Origin: Cetorhinus maximus
Lineage: Eukaryota
DNA length: 64,000 nucleotides
NCBI RefSeq assembly: GCF_964194155.1
Contig: NC_135916.1
Location: 1,488,001-1,552,000, forward strand
Direction: 5' to 3'
The notes below the pieces were generated by a model that saw only the letters and a program-made list of their open reading frames with translations, was not told the DNA's origin and made no database searches. This document shows positions 13,351-25,647 of this stretch, piece by piece; the stretch's first letter is position 1; the number at the start of each line of letters is the position of its first letter. The translations under genes were made by a program, and so were the position numbers.

Positions 13351-13639
13351 CTTTCCATGCCTGATATGTGATAATAGATTTCAGCTGTACCAGTTAGTTC
13401 ATGTTTGGGATGTGTGTATTTTGTTCTGTATTCATATCTCTGTCTTGCAAGTGGTATATTTTGCTGTGTTCCTGATAATTTCTGATGAGCTGAACGGTGG
13501 TTCTGTTTAGAATCTGTTGATTTCTGCTATGTGAATATGGGATTTCCTTTGTCCTTGTCAGTTTATGGCATGAAGGATTAAATCTGCAGCTAATGCAAAT
13601 TCCAAATACTGTGGATATTGGAAATCTCAAGAAGAAAAG

Positions 13640-13812
13640 TCAAAAATGCTGGAAATACTGAGCAGCTCTGGCAAGATTTGTGGAGACAGAAACAAAATTG
13701 CCATTTGTTTGAAAACTCCGACCTGATGAAGGATCATTGACCTGAAATGTTCAGTCTCATTTTTTTCTCCAGAGATTCTCACAAACTTGCTGATTATTCC
13801 CCACATTTTCTT
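13640..13812 (+). mobile_element. Short Penelope-tail-derived inverted-repeat element with degenerate hammerhead
   Basis: aaatgctggaaatactgagcag ... CTGATGA aggatc att gacct GAAAT ... ttgctgattattccccacatttt; paralogs at 34850-35020 and 49055-49225. Confidence 0.55.
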
Positions 13813-14458
13813 CGCTTTTCCCTCATGTATGTTATTTTCAGCAAGTGCATCTGGCAGTTTCTAATGCTTATGTTTGTCTTTCATTCTGACAGTTTGCAAT
13901 AATTGAATGGAGATTTTGCTCTGTAACTCTCAGTTGTTTCTTTGTGCGTATCTGTGTTTTCTGTACCTGCCAGTTTCGAGTATGTGAGGATTTATTTGTA
14001 CTGCAAATTTTATATTGTGCCAAATGGATGTGTATTCATTAGCTTCTCTGAGCTTACTGTGTTTTTTATTCTTTACCTGTCTGTGAACTGGGATTCTGCA
14101 CTTTTCCCTGTTATTTACTCTTGTGTGACTGTATTTATCCCAACACACTTATAGTTCCTGCTGGCCTTTACTATGCATATGTCAGTCTCTGTAATGTGAG
14201 TGTAGCTATTACTCTGCACTTGCTTGTGCCTGATTTGTGAGTATATGTTTGAGTATTTTTGCCTGCATCTTACATGGAATGTGTGTTTTACTATTAACTC
14301 TCATTTGCTAAAATGTGTGTATGTGGGTGGGCCTAATCCTGTACCTGTACCTCTGTGATATATCAGCGTGATTGTATTTCCCCCCTAACATTTCAGGGTC
14401 ATCTATGTGATCATGAAAATTATTCTGTGTCCCTTAGTTTACTGTAAATAAGTTTCTC

Positions 14459-14460
<2 letters not shown>

Positions 14461-14496
<36 letters not shown>

Positions 14497-14700
14497 TATT
14501 TGTGTCAGCAGGTGTGAATGTTTGTGAATATCTGCGTGACTGTGTATGTTGGATAGAAAGTGCAAGTTTGTTACTGTGTGCATGTATTTATGCATGTGTG
14601 TGTTTGTGCTTGTGTGTGTGTGAGGGCCTGTGTGTATGTTTGTGTGCATGTGTGTGATTTTGTGTGTGTGTGTTTTTGTGTATGTGTGCAACAGATGGTG
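14461..14700. repeat. (TG)n microsatellite and TG-rich low complexity
   Basis: Pure TG run 14461-14494 followed by degenerate TG repeats. Confidence 0.9.
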
Positions 14701-17015
14701 TGCGCATTTGTGTTTATGTATGTTTGTCTGTGTGTTAGTGCATGAGCCTGCGACTGTTTGTGTGGGAGTGTGCAGGGCTCATTTCCAATTTGTCTTTGTC
14801 TGGTACAGGATGCAGTTTTGGAATCAATTTTAATGAAATTTAAGTGTCTACCCTGTGACCATCAGCTCTGTTGGAATTAATTCCCTAAATTTCAGTTATT
14901 GTACTGTTTGTGTATCTCAAACTTATGCTCTGTGTATATGACTCCATTATTGTACATGTGAAGGTTTCTCCTTTACTTAACATGTATCACATTCATGTTT
15001 CTGAAAACTATTTCTCCAATGCATTAATCTATTACTGTTTCCAAGCTGTGTTGCAGATTTTAAAATGAAACTTTGCATTTATCAAAGACAGGTTTTATTC
15101 TTTTATTTACTGAGAACTCAGGAATAGCATTCAGGCTGCAACTAGGCAAAAGTCTTTGTGAATGATAATGAGACGCTTGAACTCACATGCTGTGTATGTC
15201 ATATCTGATTGATTCAGTGTGTAATGATCTTACGTTATGAATCATAGTGAGAATATTAAACCGGCATGTGTTGTGTATCCATGCCGTATTAATTAAAATT
15301 TCACTTTCACTTAATTTTAGATATAGTATGAGATCTTTGGAGGGGGATTCAATGTGTTCCTCTGTGAGAAACTAGGTACATTTTACAGATTAATTTGGTA
15401 CGTTCCAGTCAGTGGTACTATCTGTAGCTAAGACTGCACTCTTCTGAAATGAATGATGTGCCTTTCAATCTGATAGTGTTTGTGGTTTTGGACTGAGATT
15501 GATGAACCTACCTTTCTGCGGTGCTCAGTGAGTGTGAATTGGGAAGAAATATTCTGTTTCCCCATTTTTATTTAACTGTTGCGTTGAACACGTCTATCTT
15601 AAACTTGAGATCAATGTGAATCTGATTCCTGCTCTCAGTGATGGTGGAACTGCTGTTCTGTCTGTGCTCTTTGAACAATAATGTACCTATGTCAATTCGA
15701 AGCAGAGAGCTGCATGATTATTTTAGATGGGAAATCTGTAGCTTGGCGTTGGGGCTCAAGGAGAAATGATGGCCCAATGTTATATAATTTTGAGATTGCA
15801 GGTGTGTGTGTGACTGTGCATGTGTGTATGTATGTGCGTGTACATTTACCTGCTGGTCTTTAGTATGGGAGAAATTTATTTCTTGTCCACTATTTATATT
15901 CCGCTATGTCAATGTGGGATCACACTGTATCTTTCACTTTTTAACATCTTACTATGGGGTTTATTTGTTTCCTGCCTGTGAATGGGGATTCCAAAATGCA
16001 CCTAGTTATTTGCTGTTGTGTGACTGTGTGATTTGTATTATGAATGTTTGTAATTGATTCTGGGCTTCACTCTGGATCATTGACTCTCTTTAATGCATTT
16101 GTGGCTATTACTCAGCACCTGCCTGTGCCTGATTTGTGAGTAAGCATCTTACTTTCACTGTTTCTGACATGTAATGCATATTTTTATTCATTGCCTCTTA
16201 GTTACAGGTATGTGGATTTGCATATTATGATCTGTATCTGCAATGCTGTGAAATGTCAGTGTGATTCATTTCCCTGTTCTTTGTGTCAGGATCAGATATG
16301 TGAGCATGGAAAAATTTTGCTGAAACTCAGGTTATTTCAAATGAGTGAGAATTTAATCATTTGCTGTCAATCCCTGGTATGAGAAGGTATGGTCTAGTCT
16401 ATGCCTATCATATTCTTGTGTGTGAGTTATGTCTTTTCCCATGGTCTGCATGCACCTTGTAGGTCATTGTCGATTTTGCTGTGAACATGTCCGCCTGTAT
16501 TACTTAAGCGTGATATTCACATTGTAGCTTTCAATTTAGTGTGTGAGCAAGGACCTCTCCCCACACTAACATCCCCCGCGCCACCCCCAGCTGTATCTCT
16601 TGGTCTTTCATACAGGCTGTTATGTTTTAATCAGCAGCTTATGGGTTTTGATGCATTTTCAGGTCTGATATTACTGTAGCTATCAACATCTGATTTCTCG
16701 GTACCCATTCTCTTCCTATTTTGAAAAGTCTGTCATTGAAAAATTGATTATATTCAACACCTCTCTATCTCTTGTATGTGTCTGTGGTTTCATAATGTGT
16801 CTGCCCCTCTTACGGGAATGTAGCTGTATCTGTCAGTCCCTCCTATGAGAGTGGTGTTATGTTATTCACTGTACTTGTCAATATCTGCTTTGTGAGTTAA
16901 GTTTTAAAATTTCTTGTTTGTTGAGATCTGTTGATATAATTATTCTGAAAATATTGCTCAGGCATGTGATGTGTATTCACGGCTGTATTAATGAATAAGT
17001 ACTTTATCATTAACC

Positions 17016-17593
17016 GGGGGAGGTGATGGCGTAGCTGTATTGTCATTGCACTAATAATCTGGCCAGCCAGGGTAGTGCTTTGGGTTCAAACCCTGACACT
17101 GCAGATGGTGTAATTTAAAATCAATAAAAATATGAATTGAATTAATGATCACTACGAAACCATTGTCGATTGTGGTAAAAACCCTTCTGGTTCACTAATA
17201 CCCTTTAGAGAATGAAATTTGTCGTCAATGTACATGTGACTCAACACCCACACTTAAATGCCCTCTGAAATGGACTAGCTAGCCACTCAGTTGTAACAAA
17301 TGGCTACAAACAGATAATCGACAACAGTAATCTCAGCCCTGTTGATCCCATGGGACAAGGGATGAGAACACCACCACCTGGAAGTTCCCCTCCAGGTGCC
17401 TCACCATTCTGACATGGAAATATGCTGCCATTGCTGGGTCAAAAATCTGGAACTCCATTCCTAACAGCACTGTGGGTGTACCGACACCACAGAGACTGCA
17501 GCGGCTCAAGAAAGCAACTCATAAATCAACTTCTCAAGGGCAACTAAATGCTGTCCCAGCCAGCAAAGCAAACGACTCAAGAATGAATAAAAA
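17016..17593 (+). mobile_element. tRNA-derived SINE (SacSINE1/DeuSINE-like)
   Basis: Head with A-box-like tggcgtagctgt and B-box gggttcaaacc; tail actgcagcggctcaagaa...gaatgaataaaaa. Empty site in the paralogous spacer near 35680. Family name comes from recalled similarity. Confidence 0.7.
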
Positions 17594-17997
17594 GTATGAT
17601 ACTGTGTGGGATCTTTGGCGTTGTGTCTAGTGCGTTGCTTTATGAATGCTGGGGAATTTCAAGGATTAATTCAGTGAATTTTAATCAGCTTTATTACCTG
17701 ATATTTAAATTGCAGCCAATGTTCCACTGTTGTGACATGCATGGAGTGAGTTTCAATTTGAAATTGGTTGTGAGTTTGGACTGAAATTGGTGGACCTGCC
17801 ATTCAGAGGTACTAAGTAGGAGTGTATTGTGATTATTCCAAACACCTTCCCACCCTCGACCCCCTCTGAGTGTTTGACAATTGGATTCAGCATATGTATC
17901 TGTAATGATATCAATTTGACTCTGACTATTTCTGTCCGTGGTGATGGTGGAAATGATGTTCGATCTGTATCTCTGCACTCTGTGAGTAATATCATAC

Positions 17998-18970
17998 CTG
18001 CTGTCAGTAAGAATGAGATGGCTGCACTTTTATTTTGGTTGGGAAATCAACAGCTTGAAAACGATCCCTTCATGTATTTGCCTAGAGGAAGAAACATATC
18101 TCTTGTAAGTCAAGATCTGCTGAGGTTTTGAAAGAAAATAGGTCAACGTAACCTGTCAACTGATAATCAATTTGATTAATGCGCTACAAATTATAAAGAA
18201 TAATAAAAAAGTACAGTCCCTGATTCCACTTCAGCAATCTGCTTCGGTACTTTTCAAACATTTGAGTAAAATTCAGAAACAGTCCTGACCTGTCCTCCTC
18301 CAAGGATGTCACTACCCGAGGGGACAGATACATTGATGCAAGTCAGGTTTCAATTTCCAACTCCCATTGTAAGAGCCGTCAACTGAAACTAACAGGCGCT
18401 GCGACAGTGTTTCTTTAACACATCACTTGAAAAGCTGGTGCCTGCGATAGGTGATATTTAATTGATTGTTCCCCATCCTCTCTGTCCGCCTGTTTCCACT
18501 GTTCATTGTCCAAATGCCGACAAGTTTCATGAATCAGCAGCTATACTTGGAATATGCATTACAGGATTGAGGGGAGAAAATCCCAATAGCTTGCTCAAGT
18601 TCTGTCTCCCTCAGCAGGGCCACACACAGCCCCAGAAAGGCCTCTCCCCGTCCACCCGCTCACTCCAAGTTCCGGAACACGTTCCCGCTCCGCTCCGCCT
18701 CTTACAAACAGCCCCCGGTTCCCCCTGAACTTACCCCGAGTCAATGATGATTTCTGTGTCCACACTGACAAACCGGCGCCCTGCTGGAATCAGAACGCTG
18801 TTTACTCGCTTACCCGGGCCCTAAGATTTCCATTTCTATCTGTTTGAAACAAAGGTCTCCCGCTCACTGAGTGAAAAACCTTCAAAGGTGGAGTCTGTGA
18901 GAAGCGAAGCGCATGCGCTATTCTAGCTATGTCTGAGGAGTTGAATGAGGGCAGGAATGCGCACGCGCTT
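17998..18970 (-). ncRNA. Putative spliced non-coding transcript 5' region, copy A
   Basis: GCGCATGCGC at 18909; donors GGTAAG at 18809-18814 and 18729-18735; candidate exon 17998-18081 bounded by ttcttcctctag and cag|gtatga, with stops in all three frames. Confidence 0.45.
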
Positions 18971-19179
18971 CTCTGAATTAAACGTCACAAAACAAACGTC
19001 AATTGCTCCGCCCCTCAGTCAATGTTCTCCAGCTTGAGCATCACAATGGGTCTGTGTGGAACGGGCAGAGTTTCAGGCAGGTGGACGATTCCTGGATGAA
19101 GCTCAAACTGATATCGCTCCCTGCAGCATCTTTGCTGTTCATTCACCGGTTTAGGAAATCAATCCGCCCAGTGAATCTA

Positions 19180-19341
19180 TGTCACAAAAAAAAACATAAA
19201 ATGCTGGAAAAACTCAGCAGATCTGACGACATCTGTGCAGAGGAAGACTGTCTCCATCCCCGCCTCCCACATATGCTGAGGATATCCAGTATTTTTTGTT
19301 TTTGTTTCAGAATTCCAGCACCCGCAGATTGTTGCCTTTAT
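19180..19341. mobile_element. Short Penelope-tail-derived element with 13-bp TSD
   Basis: cccagtgaatcta at 19167-19179 and 19342-19354; empty site near 52870; internal inverted repeat aaatgctggaaaaactcagca/tgctgaggatatccagtattt. Confidence 0.7.
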
Positions 19342-19987
19342 CCCAGTGAATCTACTTGTTTTTTGTGACCGCGCAGAAATTCATATCTGATCTTAAAGGA
19401 CCCAGTTTAACAGAATCAGATTGAAACTGTCAGTCACTTAGTGTCATAGCGAACAATTTTAGGCGAATTATTCCAGAGAGCTCCAGAGGTCATCGAAATT
19501 ACATTTCGGATTCTATTTACCTCACCCTCTGGCATTTCCCTGTTTGTGTGAAAGATATGTGTCTACCTCTGGCCCATTATTAGCTGCAGCTGAATCGCGT
19601 CAACTCTCACTATTGGGGATCTGTCAGTTTTAAATTAGTTTTACCGATCAAGTTCAGAATCTTCGGTGTTTCAAAAAGAAAACTTGCCAATCTTCTAAGC
19701 TCCATTGATTATAATTCAACTTGCTCAAGATTTCCTCATCAGTCAAAAGTATCATTCCAGGAATCTACCATTAACATTCACTGAACTATTTCAATGGAAG
19801 TATATCCCTCTATGGTTCCAGCCGATATTTGCAACACAATTATTAATTGTGATGTGCGCATATTCTATTCAAACGTTGATAATATGTCTGCCTCTATCCG
19901 ATGATAGATACGAAGATCAATCGATGTTATGTTGACACATGGTAGTTACAGAGAGACAGCTCTCTCTCTCTCTTTCTCTCTCTCGCG

Positions 19988-21860
19988 CAGAATCACAGAA
20001 TCACAGAGCAAAATAGGCCCTTCGGACCTTCGAGTCTGCACAGACACGTGAGAAACACCTGACCTACTAGCCTAATCCCATTTACCATATATTGGCACCT
20101 TGAATGTTATGACGTGCCAAGTGCTCATCCAGGTACCTTTTAAAGGAAGTGAGGCAACCCGCCTCCACCACCTTCCCAGGCAGTGCATTCCAGACAGTCA
20201 GCATCCTCTGGGTAAAAAAGTTTTTCCTCTCATTCCCCTAAACGTCCTGCCCCTCACCTTGAACATATGCCCCTTTGTGACCGACCCTTCAAATAAGGGA
20301 AACAGCAGCTCCCTATCCACCCTGTCCATGACCCACATAATCTTGTACACCTCGATCAGGTCGCCCCTCAGTCTTCTCTGCTCAAACAAAAACAACACAA
20401 GTCCATCCAACCTCTCTTCATAACTTAAACGTTTCATCTATGGCAATATCCTGGTTAATCGCCTTTCCAACCCCTCCAGTGCAATCACATGCTTCATATA
20501 ATGTGGCGAACAGAACTGCACACAGTACTCCAGCTGTGGCCACACCAAGGTTCCATACAACTCCAATATGAACTCCCTGTTTTTTTAATCTATGCCTCGA
20601 TTGATAAAGGCAAGTTTCAGATATGCCTTTATCAACATCCCACTAACATGCCCCTCCGCCATCAGAAATCTATGGACACACACGCCAAGGTCCCTTTCTT
20701 CCTCAGAACTTCCTAGTGCCATGCAGTTCATTGAATACTTCCTTGTCAAATTACTCCTTCCAAATTGTATATCCTCACAATTTTCAGGCTTAAATTCCAA
20801 CTGCCACTTATCTGCCCTTTTGACCATCCCGTCTATATCTTCCTGTAGCCCAAGGCACTCAACCCCACTGTTAAACACCTGGCCAATCGTTGTGTCATAC
20901 GCAAATTTATTAATCCTACCCCCCACATAGTCATCTATATCATTTATATCAATGACAAATAATAGGGGACTGAGCACAGATCCCAGTGCTGCACCACTGG
21001 GCACGGGCTTCCAATCACTAAAGCATCCTTCTGTCATCATCCTCTACCTCCCTCAACTCATCCACCTTATCAAATTATCTTTAATCCCATGTGCATTTGT
21101 CTTCTTTATAAGTCTCCCATATGGGACCTTGTCAAAGGCTTAGCTGAAGTCCATATAAACTACATCAACTGCACTACCCTCATCTTCACATCTGGTCACC
21201 TCCTCAAAAAAGTCAAACAAATTTGTTAGGCATGACCTCCCTCTGACAAAGCCAGATCTCTGATCAAAACTTGCCTCTCCAAGTACAGATAGATATTCTC
21301 CTTCAGAAATTTCTCCAATAGTTTCCCTCCCACTGACGTGGACTCACTGGCCTCTTGTTCACTAGCTTATCTCCACCACCCTTCTTAAAAGCAGAACCAC
21401 ATTAGTTGTTCTCCAGTCCTCTGGCACCACCCCCGTGGCCAGAGTGGAATTAAAAATTCGGGTCAGAGCTCCTGCGATCTCCTCCCTTGCCTCCCTCAGC
21501 AGTCTGGGACACAGATCATCCGGACCTGGAGATTTGTCCACTTTTAAGCCTCCCAACACCTCCAATGCCTTGTCACTCCAGATATCAATTTGCTTAAGAA
21601 CCTTGCAGTCTCTTTCACCGAGTTCAACGCATTCAACCTCATTCTCTTGTGTGAAGACGGATGTGAAATATTCATTCAACAGTCTAGCTATGTCCTCTGG
21701 CTCCACCCATAGATTGACCCCTTGGTCACGCATGAGCCCTCCACTTACCCTGGTTATCCGCTTTCCATTGATATACTTATAGAATATCTTGGGATTTTCC
21801 CTACTTTTACCAGCCAGACCTATCTCACATCCCCTCTTCGTTCTCCTAATTGCTTTTGCA
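19988..21860 (-). mobile_element. CR1 LINE, 5'-truncated, degenerate ORF2
   Basis: ORFs give KSPGPD...WRTTNVV, GSVLSPLLFVIDINDID...KFAYDT and RRLRGDLIEVYKI; 3' tail is an (ATTCTGTG)-type repeat at 19988-20006. Confidence 0.92.
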
Positions 21861-22721
21861 GCTGTCCTCCCTCTGAATTGATTGTTTTACTGGATTGTGA
21901 TGTGTTTCTATTCTGCTAAAATTCTATGTTCCTTCCCCCTGCCGAATTAGTCTGAACTTCTCCCAGTAGCACTAGCCTAACTGTGTGTGTGCCACTCTCA
22001 TTCACTATGCCTCTCTCTCTCTCCCACTCTCTATCTCTCTCTCACTCACTATTCCTCCCTCTCTCTCCTTTCACTCTTGCTCCCTTTCGCCCCCCCATCT
22101 CTCTACTTCTGGTGCTGCGAATGTTACTGAGGCTGTGCTCCGTCCTACATTGATATGCGTGACACTGTCACTGTTCTCACCACTCTCAGAAATTCAGGTC
22201 TGGTAATTTCTTCTGATTATCTCTAATAAAAAATCGAAGCGTGTTCACAACATCTCTGTTACTGCCTGAAACGTGACTAACCGCGAGTGCATGTTCACAT
22301 ATAACTGGCCCGCTCTGGTTGTTGAGGTAGGGGTACATTGCAAATTGTGAAATTGTGACCTGTCAGTTCAAGAGGAGCAAAATAAACAGGGAGTTCTGGA
22401 GGGACCGGGAACAGATAATTTATATTGTCACCTGGAATAAACATCTTGATGTGAGCTATTCAGATAATAGCCTGAAATCACATATGATTGTCCACGGAAT
22501 CTGCGAATCAGACAGTCTGCGGCTCCCATGTCTCAGAGTGTTAGATGTTTTTTTCTGAATTTACAATATGCAGCAAATTAATAGAAAGCCGTGCAAATTT
22601 CTAAAAGAGAAGCAATTCTCTCCTGAGACCCTTACATTTGATACTAGTTTCAGCCTGTGAAGGTGCAGATGTGAACATTGTGTAAGGGAGCGTAGGAAAT
22701 GGGCGGGCGAGTCAGAGGAAT

Positions 22722-23142
22722 GAAACTGTGTTTGTGTGTCCGTTCTGATCATGAGGTTTCCGAGACCCGCTTGCGTAAAATAAAAATATTTCCCATTCAA
22801 AAATTCCCCCTGTTCCCCAGCTTAACCCCGAAGTGAGATTTCAAGATCATTTCTGTGTTGTTTTCTAGATTTCAGTCCAAAACAAGAGGACATGTCAGTG
22901 ATCGGGTGAAGGAGCCGCAGTAAATCAGGTTTAAATCGAAACTGGAGTCTTCAATTCGCGTGACATCTTTTCGACAGCAAACATTACAATGTCAGAGATA
23001 AGATGGATTGAGTCTGGGACACTGGAGAGCCGGAATTTCCATGGAATTGGGGAGTTTGTGAGGAGAGAAAAACACAGAGAGGCAGCAGCAGCCTGGAGCT
23101 GACAGCAGCCTGTCTCCGCCCCGTCCGCTCGCTGCCTTTAAG
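22722..23142 (+). promoter_or_regulatory. H1 promoter: TG box (22723), AC box AAAAACACA (23068), GC box, TTTAAG
   Basis: H1-specific AC box and upstream aactgtgtttg conserved in all three H1 copies; no CCAAT seen in the proximal region. Confidence 0.7.
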
Positions 23143-23222
23143 TTGCTCAGTGCCGCCACCAGCGGCTTCATTTCTGAGCCCGTTCAGATTGACAGAGACA
23201 CTTTTGTGCAGAGTCCCGGAAC

Positions 23223-23879
23223 ATGACCGATACTGCAGCCGCCGAAACGGCTCCTCCAGCCGCTCCCGCCGCCCAGGTCAAGACTCCCAAGAAGAAGAAG
23301 AAGGCGGCTCCCCGGAGCAGTGCAGCCGGTCCCAAGCTGGGCGAGCAGATCCTCAAGGTGGTGGCGGATTGCAGCGATCGCAAGGGGATGTCGCTGCCCG
23401 CGATCAAGAAGGCGCTGCGCGGCAAAGGGCTGGATGTGGAGAAACTCGGCTCCCAGATCAAGCAAAGCATCAAGAGGAATGTGAAGAATGGCTTCCTGGT
23501 TCAGGTCAAGGGCACGGGCGCCTCGGGCTCCTTCAAAGTCCCTAAGAACACAACCCCGGGGAAAGTGGGAAAGAAGGCGAAGGCAGCAGCTGGCAAGAAA
23601 TCTCCAGTGAAGAAAGCAGCAGCCAAGAAGGTGACAGCAAAGAAAGCAGCGGCCAAGAAAACTCCAGTCAAGAAAGCAGCGGCCAAGAAATCTCCAGTCA
23701 AGAAAGCAGTGGCCAAGAAATCCCCAGCGAAGAAAGCAGCGGCCAAGAAAACAGCCAAGAAGGCGGCAACTCCAAAAAAGCCGGTGAAGAAAGCAGCCCC
23801 CAAGAGAAAGCCTCCGGCCAAGAAGATGACGGGCGTCAAAAAAGTGGCGATAGCGAGGGCCAAGCCCAAAACGAGATAA
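23223..23879 (+). CDS. H1: Linker histone H1
   Basis: Globular domain ending LVQVKGTGASGSFK; K/A/P-rich tail with S/T-P-x-K motifs. Confidence 0.97.
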   Translation: MTDTAAAETAPPAAPAAQVKTPKKKKKAAPRSSAAGPKLGEQILKVVADCSDRKGMSLPAIKKALRGKGLDVEKLGSQIKQSIKRNVKNGFLVQVKGTGASGSFKVPKNTTPGKVGKKAKAAAGKKSPVKKAAAKKVTAKKAAAKKTPVKKAAAKKSPVKKAVAKKSPAKKAAAKKTAKKAATPKKPVKKAAPKRKPPAKKMTGVKKVAIARAKPKTR

Positions 23880-23936
23880 GCAAAGACAGGAAAGAAGGGA
23901 AAGATCCCGAGCAAATTGTAACCCTCTAAACCCAAA

Positions 23937-23952
23937 GGCTCTTTTCAGAGCC
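23937..23952 (+). terminator. Histone 3' stem-loop (H1)
   Basis: GGCTCTTTTCAGAGCC plus aaagagctg. Confidence 0.93.
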
Positions 23953-24746
23953 GCCCACATTTCACATGAAAGAGCTGATCCCCTGATCATTTGATCCCTG
24001 TCTCGGAGCTGGGAGCTGATTTCAGATGGAAATGTTTCGTTTTCCTCCCACGTAAATCCTATTTTCCCGCTGACTCACTGACACACTCTCCACCCGTCCC
24101 CTCCCGCACTGTGCAATAAAACACAGGGATATCCTTACAGCTCCCTATCCGGGATGTGTCCCAGTGCATTCAAAGTTTATCTTCGTTCCCTTATTCACAT
24201 TTTCAGGGTGAGAGTCTGCAATGGAGTTAAACCCCGCCTCACAACTAATACCCATATCAGTATATTTTATCTAATTCTGTTGGATGAGGTGTCAGCGAAT
24301 TTCTCAATCCCTTTTGGCGGTGTGGAGGGAAGGATGAGGCGTGAGTCTAGAGATGTGTGAGTATAGAATATTACAAGGATTGAAATAGAAGCAGGCATCT
24401 GACTCTTTATAGAAAGTGCAGTATTGAGGGGGGAATATTATTGACAGTATTGATTTTAATACGATTTTCTAACTAGCTGGTGTATGATGTTGGCGTGTTA
24501 AAGTTACTTTAAAAGCTCTCTGTTCACCTCTCTTCAGAATTTGATAAATAAATGCTTTTCTGGCAGGCAGGAGGAGGTTGCTGGTTTACCAGAGACATTG
24601 CCCTGTCTGTCACTCAGTCTGTCTCGCCCCGCCTCTCACACTCTCTCTCTCTCTCTCTTCTCTCCCTTCCTCAGTTAGGTCGGGGCGGGCTGTATAAAAG
24701 CGGAACGTGAAGCAGCTCCCCACTCATTCAGCAGCGATTTGACTGA

Positions 24747-25067
<321 letters not shown>

Positions 25068-25647
25068 ACAAATCGACCCGACTCTATAACAAAACCCAAA
25101 GGCTCTTCTAAGAGCCGCCCACAACCTCACATTGAGAGCAGTGACCTTGGAGACGGAAAGCGAGATGTAGTTTTATAAAAACAGCTTTTTCACCTGCGCA
25201 TTCTCCATTCGCTATACTATAGTGAGTTACACAAGGTTTCATGGTTTATTTTCGTTCGGTTTTCAGGAATTCGCTTCCTTTCAATCTCCAGAAACCCGAT
25301 TCCCAGCCTGGCTGAGGAACACGACAGATTCCAAAATAACACCGAGTTCATAAGATAAAGGCCATCATTTATTACACTTTGATCAGGAGTAACTATTTTG
25401 AGACACATTATTTTCGCTTCTTCGCACTATTTTCAACCCTGTCTTTTTTTTCTTCGCTTTCTCTTCCTGAGTCGTTGAAACACGACAGGACCTGGGAGGT
25501 ATCTATAGATGAGCTTTATATGGATCAGCCTGTATCCATGCAGCATGTTGACTGGATCCAGGAAGCACGTTATTTAAGAGCTTTATTCTGGCCTGTTTCA
25601 GAGCGATCAATATAATAATGCGAATTTAAACGGGAATGTAAGGCAAA

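Noticed and set aside
18744-18770. ATGATGA...CTGA resembling a C/D box snoRNA
   Set aside because: The C box is mutated in copy B, the CTGA is mutated in copy C, and there is no terminal stem or distal D box.
23590-23800. Approximately 30-bp periodic repeats
   Set aside because: They encode the H1 C-terminal KKAAAKKSPV repeats; not a CRISPR or satellite array.
23184-23990. Long antisense or alternate-frame ORFs over H1, H3, H4 and H2A (up to 292 aa)
   Set aside because: By-products of GC-rich codon usage and repetitive Lys/Ala coding; start positions vary between copies.
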